Positions 25,697 to 36,473 of a stretch of 64,000 nt of DNA are shown here, in pieces. A program made the translations under genes and the position numbers. Source of the DNA: Macrostomum lignano (Eukaryota); the NCBI GenBank assembly GCA_002269645.1, contig NIVC01000420.1, positions 124,001 through 188,000 on the forward strand, given 5' to 3'. The stretch's first letter is position 1; every line of letters begins with the position of its first letter. Below the pieces are notes generated by a model. The model was not told the DNA's origin. It saw only the letters and a list, made by a program, of their open reading frames with translations, and searched no databases.

Positions 25697-26352
25697 TTCA
25701 GGTCTTTCAAAAAGTGCACACATGATTCACTCTCGAAATATCACGAAAGCGCAACACGCCATTACTGCCACTCTGTGACCACCACAATAAACAAATATTT
25801 TGATGAAATTTAGTGACGCCATGAATTGCAACTGTGGCTCGAACCCTGGCTCGAGAGGCGTGGTTGCTGAAATAGAAATGGTGTTTCAATGGTAAGCAGC
25901 ATAGTATCACATTTTGAGTGTCCTTCGGATCGAATAGGGTGAGCACGAACAGATAGTGGAATTTCTAGGTTGCCATCATGGGGTCAAATAAGGTCATAAG
26001 AAAGATTAAATAGTTCGAAAAGAGCAGTGTGTCGAATACAATTAAAACAGCAGATTTTTATGGCACTGTGAAGGGGCGCCACTCCACAGCAGAGCTCTTT
26101 ACCTTTATGCCTGACTTTTCATTCAAATTGGTGCAATAAACATTTGATTTATTGGTCTTCTCCGGTCTTGCCATAGACATAAACGGAAGTTGATAAATCT
26201 GTTCTTTAAAATATGGCATCGTTTTTGTGCTGATGTGTATGGCCGAACTGTCAACTTGGTTGACTTTTTCAATCTATTTATATCTATGTCTATGTGCAAG
26301 ACCAAGTATACTGATGACAAATAGGAACTTTTGGTTTTGGTTACAGCAGTAC

Positions 26353-26547
26353 TGTAGACTAAGGCAGAGAGGTACGACTGAGAGTTGACGAAGCCTCTTG
26401 GCGTTTATTAGATCGATACGCAGGTTAAATACGATTCAACGATTGTTACATAGCAGGGTATAAAAGATAGAGACAGGGGTGGGTGAAAAGCGCGTACATG
26501 ATGTACAATAGCAACCCCCAACCCCGCTCTAGCGACTGGCGCATACA
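26353..26547 (-). mobile_element. Short solo LTR (195 bp) with perfect 5-bp TSD
   Basis: TGTA...TACA termini; AGTAC at 26348-26352 and 26548-26552; minus-strand AATAAA at 26409-26404. Confidence 0.8.
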
Positions 26548-26599
26548 AGTACACTTGCAACTCACTACAGTACTACCGTCAACTGGCCTTCAATAGTAA

Positions 26600-28618
26600 T
26601 TATAAGTCGGCCCGAATAAGTACAAACAGGTTGTGCAGGTAAATGCCTTTCTCCGTGTAGTTCAAACTGTTCAGCCCATCCTTGTTCATAACGTCTCTGA
26701 CCCGGCTCCAGTGAGGCCAGGGCATTGTGTTAGTAATCACGTCGCTCGAATGCTTCAGATTAACGAACCTGAAATGTTCGCGAGTTTATAGTGAAATGGT
26801 AGTCATAGCTAAACGGGACATCTTGTCTTAAATTCATCGGTCTCCTACCTGGCCACGTGGCCTCTAGGGTAGAAAATTCGCATCCCGCGGAGCCCCAGCC
26901 GAGAGGCCAGCTCGTCGTCCTCCCTGCCCCATCCGTAGTACCGGTTTGAGTTGCCATTGACTCTCTCGAACGCCTGCTTGCTGATTGCCGCCGAGCCGCC
27001 AAGGAAATTGTTGTACATCCGGCCTCGATGGTACTTCTGGGTGGCGTCCCCCTCCTGACGCATAGCCGAGATCATCAGCTTCGGCGAACGGACGCAGTCG
27101 TAGATGTTGCCGACATTCTCAGGCACTTTGTCTGCGTCCTGATCGAGGGAGCGGGTTTTTGATATCATATCAAGTCAGGCTGTCTGGGTGGTTAGATACA
27201 AATTATTTGTCAGTCAGATGTTCCACTAAAATAGATGCACATTATAAAGAAACATATCTCAATGTACATTCACATTTAAGCTACACAACAGATCAGTCAG
27301 GTGTAAAGGAAGGGTTTTGTAGCCTAGAGGTTAGAGCATCGGACTCACGACTTGAAGGTCGGGGGTTCGATTCCCGATCCAATTGAAACAATCTGTTTCC
27401 TTGAGCAAAGATACTTAACTCTGAATTGTTTCAGTTCACCTAGCTGTATGATGGGCTGGGGTAATTGAGGGTGTATGTGGCGACCCCCCAGTCCTTGGAC
27501 TCAACAGCCGTACGCAGCCTTCAGATGCGCCCCGCTATAGCTGCGGCTGAGCTGTCGGTTGCACACCTGGCCCAACTGAGCAGGTGTAATCAATTATTAT
27601 TACTATTATTAGTTCAAGCATCTTGACGATTATTTTTCACATGCATGCATTTTCAAATAGTCAATAAAAACCCCTTCCACTTGGGTCATTTAGATGTTAG
27701 GCCTACTGTAGACAAGTACAAAACAAAGCACATTCTGGTTTTGACTTTGTGCTTTTTGCAGTGTCCAAAAAGCCCTCCTTACGAGCTAATTAACTAGAAT
27801 GATACGAAGCCACGGATTCATAAAGATCTACTTACGTGCAGCACGAAGCAGTCAAACTTGGCAAACTGTTCGGCCACTCGGAAGCCAACGTTGAGCAGTT
27901 TGGCGCGGTTGAACAGCTTCGTATTCGCCTGCTCAATCACGAAGATGCCGTAGGCGATGTTCTGCTGCTGCAGCAGGGTCTGTATATAGGGCACGAACTT
28001 GTCGAGATTCTCGCTTCGGTTCCGGTACGGCACCAGGACGGCGGTTTTCGACAGCGGCGGCCAGCAGCTCCTGGGCGACCAGAAGCCGCCTCGGTAAGTC
28101 GGTCGAGCAAACGGAAAGCTGGAGGTCGGCTGGTTCAACAGGTGGGCCAGGTTCTTGTCTGGCGGACGGCGGCAGGCAGACAGATTCTTTGCGGTGTTGT
28201 TTGGCGCGTTTAGAAGATTTGGAGCAACCGCGGCTGGCGATTCGGTCAGCTTGGTGAGATGTCGGTAAAGCTGCGGGTAGACCATCTGGAATCGCTTCCA
28301 ACCAGTCGAGTTGCCTGACTTTGAGCTCGGCACCAGCATAGCGGCCAATTCGTTGAAGGGATCAAATCGGAGCCCTGTTGAGGTCGTCGGTCGAAGATTC
28401 TTCCTCCACGAGTTGTCTCGACGATTTGTATCGTTAAAATCACCACCGCTGTAGCTATTGACGAGCCGGAACGGCAGCCAGGCAATTTCCTGACTCAGTT
28501 TGCGACCCCTGACGGAGCCGGTCTGACCAGCTGTCATCAGCAAGACGAAGGTCAGGCACAGAGCGCACAAACCGATGATGACGCTCTGCTTGCGAGTCAG
28601 GGCGCGAGACTCCGTCAT
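26600..28618 (-). CDS. GT7-family beta-1,4-galactosyl/GalNAc-transferase, type II membrane protein, 3 exons, 413 aa
   Basis: Exons 28618-27836, 27138-26849, 26768-26600 (1242 nt). N-terminal TM anchor, VPYRNR, FNRAKLLNVGF, metal-binding H|DAD across the first junction, GWGREDDE, KH motif and DGLNSL. Confidence 0.93.
27312..27612 (+). mobile_element. tRNA-derived SINE family 1, full-length copy, in GT7 intron 1
   Basis: A-box TAGCCTAGAGG, B-box GGTTCGATTCC (27364-27374), central TCCTTGAGCAA...CAGTTCACCTAGCTGTA domain and (ATT)n tail. Two more copies in the window. Confidence 0.88.
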
Positions 28619-29791
28619 TGTGCTTGCTGCGATGGGCCTTCTCTATAGCTGTCTGCATGCATCTGTCTCCATGCCGCTGAGCAATAGACTGCTTTGCATC
28701 CTATGCAAGTTGAGCAGGCAACTGGATCGCTCCTACATCCGTGCTAGGATTATAAGCCATCAACGAGGCTTATATCGTTACTTACGTGCCGGCTTTATAC
28801 TTGCTTGGCAGGGGCAGAGCCAGCCCACACTTTGTTTGCTGTCCCAACAATCCAACCCCGTCCTCACCTGAGCCGTGTGCGACGATGCAAAACAAAATGG
28901 GGAAAAGCCGCGCCTGAGGGGAGGGGGTGGAGAGGACGCGAGTCCCGCATCCTGCTGTCCTAAATTGTGGGACACTCTCTGCTGCTCAGGCTCTTTCATT
29001 TTCTCTGCCCGCCCTCGCCCTCACTCTCTTCCCTGGATCTGTTTTGTTTAAGGAGCCAATGTACGCAGGTCGCGTCCACAGGCTGCCCGAGATGGGAGGG
29101 GACGGAAGGATCTGAGCCAGAATGGTAAAAAAGCGATATGGCAGATTATTAATGCTAATTGCGCACCACCCACTCGGCAAAATATCGGGCTGAATGCATT
29201 GCAGCTAGCAGGATCTTGAGTGCCTTCAAGGGCCTCTTGCGGTGCAGCCTCTCGCATATAGTCGTTTTGGTTCTCTTCACAATAATCATTCCATCGTTGA
29301 CTGCAGTTCGTGAGAAATTCTTCCCATGTCGAGAGACAATTATTGGGTAGGCTCGATTTTTATAAATTTATGCCGGCGCTATTAATTTCAGGCTTTTTAT
29401 CTGGATTTCTTGCTGCAAGTCAAGGCTTGTTGTTCTGCGAATGCTTGCCGAACTATTGTGGCCATGGCAACTTCGGCCCAGCTGGAAAAAACTCACGCCT
29501 GTCAGTCAGGCTGCAGTGTTCTACATCCTACTTTGCTGTCGATTGTAGAGAGAGCCTTTCTCTTCTCTCCTCTCCATACCTCCAGCCTCCTTTCTGCAGG
29601 CAGCCTCCTCTCGTCCAACTCCAACTTTGACTGCATCCAAATTCTGGCAAAACAGCTGGCTGAACTGATGTTCTGAGCCTACCGTAGAGCAAGATCATTC
29701 CCTACCCCAAGGACTGCTCAACTTGAGGGACGGGAAAGTAAGTAACTTGAAAAAATTTAGGAGGCAGGTTTAACGGGAAAAATTACGTTAA

Positions 29792-31229
29792 CAGTAGAAA
29801 GACCACGCTATTTTTCCCCATGGGGAAAGACCACGGGGGGTGTATTAAAAATGCACACAACCCATTTCACGATAGCTCGCAAACCGAATTACCGATTTTC
29901 GTAAAAGTCCGTCATATTTATCAAAATTTTCCGCCCTTTCTGACTAACTAACTTTCAATGTCATCCGACGTCGGCATCGTCGAGATATTCAACGATTCTT
30001 GTCGAAGACACTGGTGGCAAGGACAACCAACACTACACTGTATAAACCTTTATGGTGAATCCATATTGGCTCAATAATCTGGGTCTATCTGTCGTAGACG
30101 CCTTTGTTCTCAGAATTCCAGGCATCAGGGTCCCCTTCATCACCGTCTGGAGCATCGGCGGCGACCGTCGGGACCTTCAACAAAAGCACCCGATCGGAAT
30201 TTCAGAGACGGCTGCGTTCCCAAAACTGAAATTGAAGAATCCTCTTTTGCATGCAGCATTCCGTCAATAGAGATAATCGGTGAATGAAATGGACGATAGC
30301 GACCCTCTAGACTGACCTGTAGACATACAAGCGACCTTCGGGTCGTTCAACGGAGTGCCACCACGCGGCCCCGACGAGCTGACACCGTCAATGCCAACAT
30401 CCTGCTTTTTTATCAAGGCACCAAACCAGGCATGTCTGCATATTATACAATGGTCCTGCATCATTTTCACCATTCAGCTCTATCCGGACGACCTTCGGGA
30501 CCTTCAACGGAGTGCCACCACGCGGACCTGACGCGCTGGCACCCCAAACGTCGTGATTTTTCTATCAAGGCACCAAACCAGATTTGTTTGCATATTATAC
30601 AATGCTTTTGCACCATATTAAGTTGAAGAGTTACAGACCACGATGTTGGGGGTGCCAGCTCGTCAGGGCAGCGTGGTGGCACTCCGTTGAACGACCCGAA
30701 GGTCGCTTGTATGTCTACAGGTCAGTCTAGAGGGTCGCCATCGTCCATATCTTTCACCGATTGTGTCTACTGACTGAATGCTGCATGCAGAAGAGGATTC
30801 TTCCATTTCAGTTTTGGGAACGCAGCCGTCTCTGAAATTCCGATCGGGTGCTTTTGTTGAAGGTCCCGACGGTCGCCGCCGATGCTCCAGACGGTGTTGA
30901 ATGGGACCCTGGTGTCTGGGATGCTGAGAAGAAAGGCCTCTACGACTGATATGCATAGTTTGTTGAGTCGACGTGGTTTCATGATGAGATTTTGTGAGCA
31001 GAAAAATTTTGCCAATGTTGGTGGATTTTGCCACCAGACACCCCGTGGAAAATCGTTGAATATCTCGACGATGCCGATTTTTCGTGACTCTCAAAGTTGC
31101 TTCATCGAATAGAGCAGAAAATTTTAGCCCGTGTTCTGGATTTTCATGGCAATTGGTTTAATATTTTTGGAGATCCAGACAAAAGAAAGAATGTGTCTAT
31201 TTGAAATACACCCCATGGTCTTTCTACTG
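29792..31229. mobile_element. Non-autonomous TTAA-flanked foldback DNA transposon (1438 bp)
   Basis: TTAA at 29788-91 and 31230-33; perfect 14-bp TIR CAGTAGAAAGACCA; long imperfect internal inverted arms (about 29950-30370 vs 30660-31085); central direct duplication of about 155 bp; no transposase ORF. Confidence 0.85.
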
Positions 31230-31794
31230 TTAAGAATCTTAGTTTTCTAAACAAAAAGCTTTATGATTATCAGCAGAGCTATCAGAAAGGCAAGTCATAT
31301 CAAAATATGGACATAGGGTCTGCCTCCTATCAAAGGTAAAAACAATTTTGATGCAGAAAAAATGCAAACCTCAGGTCTCCTTATTGTCTTTCTTCGCTGA
31401 ATCTGCCTCCTAAAATAGCTTAAAAACTTGAATAGATAAAATAGAGATACAGAAGGCGCATTGATTTACACAAAGATCTTCCAACTATAAAAAAAGATGT
31501 AGCAAAAATGTGCTTTTCTAAATGTATATTCACCCCTGTTACTTACAGTAGACAGTAGTCTAAGGTAGGTCTTAAATTAATTTTTTGTTTTCTTGAGATG
31601 TTTTAGAAAAAAATAATATTTTAAAAGAGAAACCGACAAAATTAGATTTTTGAAAACTCAAGGATGTACGTACTTGCTTTTCTAATGTGAGCAATGCAAC
31701 TCAATCAGAGTGTTGCGTAATAAAATTTCGATCGTCAGACTTGTTCACAGTTTTTATCGTTCTTATTGGTTTGGTCAAAAATGGCGCCAAGGCC

Positions 31795-34700
31795 TCAGGC
31801 TGGCGCGGTGGCGCCGGTCCCGCTGCCGGCCGCTTTGCACAGCGTGAGAACAGCACCGATGACCAGCGACAGCGCGGCGGCCGAGCACACGACAGCGCCG
31901 AGGCCGACGAGCTTGCGGAAGCTGGACAACTGGCTGATGTCTGCGCCAGCAGCGCCTTTGCTTTTGAGTATTGCAATGATGCGCTCGCAGCCAGCTATGC
32001 GGCAGGTGACGTTCTCCAGACCGCTTCCCGGACACGTGACTGATTCGGCGGCTGACGGAGCTGGACAGTTGCACAGGCGCTGGCGGTACATGAAGCCGCT
32101 GTTGAACGGCCCGGCTGTGAAATTGCCCCAAGGACACCAGGCTGTTGGAGCAGAACTCGTTGATGCAGCGCCGGTGGTGGACGCTGGGGTCGTGGTGGCG
32201 CAGGCGGTTGCATTGCACGGATAGTGCTCGACTGAGACGCCCGAGCAGGCGACTCCGATGTCATTGGGTGCGGAACAGTTGCACTGTCGGGTGCGCGACA
32301 CCGCACCATAGGTGTATACGAGTTCAGACCAGGCGCACCAACTGCCATTTACCTGAGCCAGCCAATCTGTCGTGTTACCTTGACACGTCTCTCCCAGTAC
32401 TGACGCCGGTGGGCACTCGCAGGTTCGATTCCGGACGCCCCAGCCGCCTTCGACGGTGTAGTTGCTCCAGGCGCACCAGCTACCGTTGACAATCTGGCGC
32501 GTGTCCACAGCCGAGCCGGGGCAGACAGTTGAACCTCCAAAGTCGCCGCCAGTCGGACAGCTGCAGTTTCGCTGTCGGGTCTCGTTGCCAGACCCGTCGG
32601 CTGCGTAGGCGGACCAGGCGCACCAGGTCGCGTTTATAGAGAGGCCAGACTCGGTCGAGTTTCCCGAGCAGACAGCTGAGCCTCCGTGGGCTGGCACAGC
32701 AGGACAGGCGCAGCTGCGGTTCCGCGTGCCAACGCCGGTGGCAGGGTCGACAATGTAGCTGGACCAGGCGCACCAGGCTGCGTCCTGCTTCAATCCGGTG
32801 TCGTTTCCACTTCCGGGACAGTCGGTGCCCCCGAAGGCCACAGCCGGACAGTTGCACGCCCGAGTTCGTGTACCGTAGTCTCCTCCAGGTGACAGGGTGT
32901 AGCTACTCCAGGCACACCAACTACCATTAATCACCACCTGAGTCTCATTGGCAGCTCCGATGCAGTCGGCACCGCCGTATGCCGGGGCGGAGCAGTTGCA
33001 ACTTCTCGCTCTGGTACTATTAGCGCCAGAAACTATGTAGGGTCCCCATGGACACCAGGTGCCGTTAACTACCCTCTGAGTCTCACTAGCATTGCCTGGA
33101 CAGGGTTGGCCGCCGAACGCGGGCGCTGAGCAGTTGCAAAGTCGCGAACGGTTGCTAAACTCCCCGTTGACTTGATAAGCGCTCCATGCGCACCAGCTGC
33201 CGTCCACTGCGGAGCCCGATTCGGTTGCCGAACCAACACAGTCCACGCCGCCGTACTCAGCTGCACTGCAGTTGCACTGACGCGTTCTCGTCCCGACGCC
33301 ACCAGCCACAGAGAAGGCACTCCAGCCACACCAGCTGCCATTGATGACTGTGCCAGAGTCGGTTGCTGGTCCTGCACAGTCGACACCGCCGTACGCTGGT
33401 TTGCTGCAGTTGCATTGTCGTGTTCTTGTTCCAACCCCTCCTGTCACTGAATAGGCGCTCCATCCGCACCAGGTACCATTAACGACCGTACCAGAGTCAG
33501 TGCCAGAACCGGGACAATCAACTCCGCCGTACGATGGTGAGCTACAGTTGCACTGACGAGTTCTAGTCCCGATGCCGCTGGACACTGCGAATGCACCCCA
33601 ATCGCACCAGGTGCCGTTCACTGCCGTACCGGAATCGCTAGCGGAGCCGACGCAGTCGTTGCCGCCGTACGCCGGAGCGCTGCAGTTGCACTGTCGCGTT
33701 CTAGTTCCAACTCCAGAAAACACAGAGAACGGGCTCCAACCGCACCAGCTGCCGTTAACGACAGCTCCTGAGTCGATGGCAGACCCGGGGCAGTCTGTAC
33801 CGCCATACGCTGGAGCGCTGCAGTTGCACTGACGTGTCCTAGTGCCGACGCCTGAAGCCATGGAGAAGGCGCTCCATCCGCACCAGCTACCATTTGTTAC
33901 CAAACCCGTGTCATTTCCGCTGCCAGGACAGTCCAATCCGCTGTTTGCCGGTGCCGGGCAAGCGCAGGCGCGAGTCCGGGTGGCAAAACCTCCGCCTGCC
34001 GGTGCGTAGGCAGACCACGGGCACCAAGTCCCGTTGACTACTGCCCGCCATTCGGTGCTGTTTCCCTCGCATGTTGTGCCGTTGCCAGCAACGCTCGGAC
34101 AGCTACAGTTCCGTTCGCGCATCTGCCACTCGCTGCTCACTGTACTCCAGTCGGTCCAGTTGCACCAGCCGCCGTTGATGTCTAGCTGGTCGCATACGTT
34201 CAAATTGGACTTCTCCAGATCGGAGATCTCTTCGAATAGCCATACAGTAGGAGTGCTTGATTGCAGAGTGAGCACAGAGTAGCCGCTGACAGTGCTTGGC
34301 GCCAGGAAGTATCCGGCAGTATCGTTGAACGAAGATTTTATTGTGTACAGTCCACTGCCGCCACTGCCACCGGCTGAGTCAACAATCCAAAATTCGCGTT
34401 CTTTTGTTATGTTCTCAAAAGTGGCGTCTGCAACATCGGAGGACCAAGCGTCAGCCGGGGTGTAGCATGGCACAACGCTTCTGAAGATGAAGAAACCGTT
34501 AGGCTGAGGCATGGCCTCCCACATGACTGCGGCTTCGGTGCTTGGAGCGGTCAGAGCCAGTCGTCGCGAACCGTAAGCTGCCAGTGGAGCTGTGGAATTC
34601 GCCGCGGCAATGCTAGCGTTACAAAAACTTCCGCCGCTGCCGCAGCCAGTCTGCAGGTAGATCCTGTAAAAGCCCCAACGTAGCGCGAGTGTCTTGATGC

Positions 34701-35484
34701 CAACGTAGCTTCTGTAGTAGGGGCAGAATCGGATGCGCTTATTGGGCTGGTAGTAGCGCTCTGTACTGCACCAGATCAGGTACCAGGGAAAGCCGGCCCC
34801 ACTGGTGCAGTCGTCGTAACACTTTCCATTATAGTAGAATGGAAAAGTACAGTTAGCATAAGGATCAGCCTGGGTGTATATGACGGAATAGCTGCTCAGC
34901 TGCGGCGTGATGTAGGCCGGCTCTGATGCGTTAAGCCGGGCGCAGCTCTGCGATGCCGCACCAGAAATTGTATAAGCGCAGTATTTGAAGTTGTTATCGA
35001 TGATAGCGCTCTCTGCAGTGGTGGCGCACCACGGCTCAGTTGTAGTGGTCAGGCAGTCATAGTGACACTTGCCGTTATACCGAAACGGGAACACACACTT
35101 GGTCCCGGAGCCGAGGCCAGCGTAGAGTACAGACGGCTCGGAACTCTGAGCCGCGGTTGCCAGACCGGAACAGTTTTCCTGCGTCAGGTTCGCCAGCCGA
35201 TAGTTGCAGTATCGCCACAGGGTGCTGCTGGCGCCGTAGTCGCAGGAGGTCGCGCACCAGAAGCGGCACTGGCCGCTCGAGCAATACTCGGTGCAATCGT
35301 TGTAAGTGTTGGAGCCGTCCGCAAATGGGAAATAGCAGACGCTGCCTGAGCCGCCCCCAGTGGTAGAGATTGTGACTCTGCTGTCTGAAGTTGAGTTGGG
35401 GGGATTGCAGCTGAGCGCTAGGGAAATCTGAATCAGCAGCAAGAGAAGCAGGGGCAGCAGACGCTGTCCAACTGTCAGGATCAT
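31795..35484 (-). CDS. Intronless type I membrane glycoprotein: signal peptide, 3x fibronectin type II, ricin-like beta-trefoil segment, 15 atypical TSP1-like repeats, TM helix, short tail (1229 aa)
   Basis: 3.7-kb open frame (first ATG at 35484; the track starts at a TTG). Leu-rich signal peptide; three C-x-FPF...C...WC.T...C FN2 units; WIVDSAG..GLYTIKS ricin-B-like motif; 15 W-C-x-W...R-x-R-x-C-x-C...C repeats; TM LVGLGAVVCSAAALSLVIGAVLTLC. Confidence 0.93.
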   Translation of the reverse strand: MILTVGQRLLPLLLLLLIQISLALSCNPPNSTSDSRVTISTTGGGSGSVCYFPFADGSNTYNDCTEYCSSGQCRFWCATSCDYGASSTLWRYCNYRLANLTQENCSGLATAAQSSEPSVLYAGLGSGTKCVFPFRYNGKCHYDCLTTTTEPWCATTAESAIIDNNFKYCAYTISGAASQSCARLNASEPAYITPQLSSYSVIYTQADPYANCTFPFYYNGKCYDDCTSGAGFPWYLIWCSTERYYQPNKRIRFCPYYRSYVGIKTLALRWGFYRIYLQTGCGSGGSFCNASIAAANSTAPLAAYGSRRLALTAPSTEAAVMWEAMPQPNGFFIFRSVVPCYTPADAWSSDVADATFENITKEREFWIVDSAGGSGGSGLYTIKSSFNDTAGYFLAPSTVSGYSVLTLQSSTPTVWLFEEISDLEKSNLNVCDQLDINGGWCNWTDWSTVSSEWQMRERNCSCPSVAGNGTTCEGNSTEWRAVVNGTWCPWSAYAPAGGGFATRTRACACPAPANSGLDCPGSGNDTGLVTNGSWCGWSAFSMASGVGTRTRQCNCSAPAYGGTDCPGSAIDSGAVVNGSWCGWSPFSVFSGVGTRTRQCNCSAPAYGGNDCVGSASDSGTAVNGTWCDWGAFAVSSGIGTRTRQCNCSSPSYGGVDCPGSGTDSGTVVNGTWCGWSAYSVTGGVGTRTRQCNCSKPAYGGVDCAGPATDSGTVINGSWCGWSAFSVAGGVGTRTRQCNCSAAEYGGVDCVGSATESGSAVDGSWCAWSAYQVNGEFSNRSRLCNCSAPAFGGQPCPGNASETQRVVNGTWCPWGPYIVSGANSTRARSCNCSAPAYGGADCIGAANETQVVINGSWCAWSSYTLSPGGDYGTRTRACNCPAVAFGGTDCPGSGNDTGLKQDAAWCAWSSYIVDPATGVGTRNRSCACPAVPAHGGSAVCSGNSTESGLSINATWCAWSAYAADGSGNETRQRNCSCPTGGDFGGSTVCPGSAVDTRQIVNGSWCAWSNYTVEGGWGVRNRTCECPPASVLGETCQGNTTDWLAQVNGSWCAWSELVYTYGAVSRTRQCNCSAPNDIGVACSGVSVEHYPCNATACATTTPASTTGAASTSSAPTAWCPWGNFTAGPFNSGFMYRQRLCNCPAPSAAESVTCPGSGLENVTCRIAGCERIIAILKSKGAAGADISQLSSFRKLVGLGAVVCSAAALSLVIGAVLTLCKAAGSGTGATAPA

Positions 35485-36473
35485 CTTCGAGTCTTTTTTA
35501 TTCAATGATGTATTTGTCTTCGATTCGAGCGTAGCAGAGTAGCGGTGCAGTTTATATAATTTTTCGAATTGCTAAACCCATTATAAGCCCCTGTGGATTT
35601 TGTCACACATTGTTCTTCGAGGACTGCAACAAGCATCAATGCAGCAACCATTGCCTCATTAGATTAAAAGAACAAAATTGAGTACGAGATAGGCAAATAA
35701 TAGAAGGCAAAAGGCTCCACTCGAGCCTGGAGTGTCCCACTTAGACTAATGGATGCTGAGTGCATTGCCTGCATCGCTTGCGCTCGAATTGGCCTGCCTG
35801 TGCACTCCTGGCCAACGTTTCAAGTACCACTGCGACAATGGGGGGTTGCGAAGGAGAGTGATGAGGCAGCGCCGCAGGGTGCTGAAATGGAACAGGTGAT
35901 TTGCCAATTAACAGAGGCGCGAGAACATAACAGGGGGCCCAGTTAGAGTGACATGCCTTTCGCACAATGCCTTGCAGGCTCGGCTGCAGAAACTGGCAGC
36001 CCGTGAGAAAGAAGCCCTGTTGAAAATAAGCTGCGTGCGACCGTTTCCACTTATTTATTATCTCATTCCGCCTGCCTAAATACGTCAGGCATGGCTCTTC
36101 AATAAAAACAAAAGAAGCAAAAGGACTTTCAGTTTGAATTGTTTTACAACTCTTGATGTGAAATCTTCTTTTCTTGAGCGAAGCGCTCGCCTTTCCGTTT
36201 AAACTGGAAAACACTTGTTTTATTATAAGTTTCCTATGTGACTTTGACAGCTTTGACAAGCCACCAATGCGTACGTGACTGCAGATCAATAGATGAACCA
36301 TTAGATAAAAAAGGTTCGAGATTGAGTACTCGTATATGAATGTCTTTTTATTGGACTTTAAGGTTTGCTGCAACTACAGAACTGCCTAGCACTTTGCAAC
36401 TGATATTTCAATGTTCGAGAAATATAGCTTTTTTGCAGCCCATTTGGGCTTACGCGCATTGTCAAAAATCAGC

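Noticed and set aside
27139-27185. Apparent frameshift at the GT7 DxD motif (DLDMI)
   Set aside because: The acceptor GATCAG|GAC at 27139 gives H|DADKVPEN, which aligns with HDVDLLPEN; no frameshift is needed.
27312-27380. tRNA gene
   Set aside because: A and B boxes are present but no complete acceptor stem, and the sequence continues into a SINE body with other copies.
30052-31112. ORFs inside the foldback element as transposase remnants
   Set aside because: The same peptide appears on both strands because of the inverted arms; no DDE or DNA-binding motif was recognised.
31687-35366. Many antisense and alternate-frame ORFs overlapping the TSR gene, and similar ones over the Slo, GT7 and LGIC exons
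   Set aside because: Shadows of GC-rich coding sequence.
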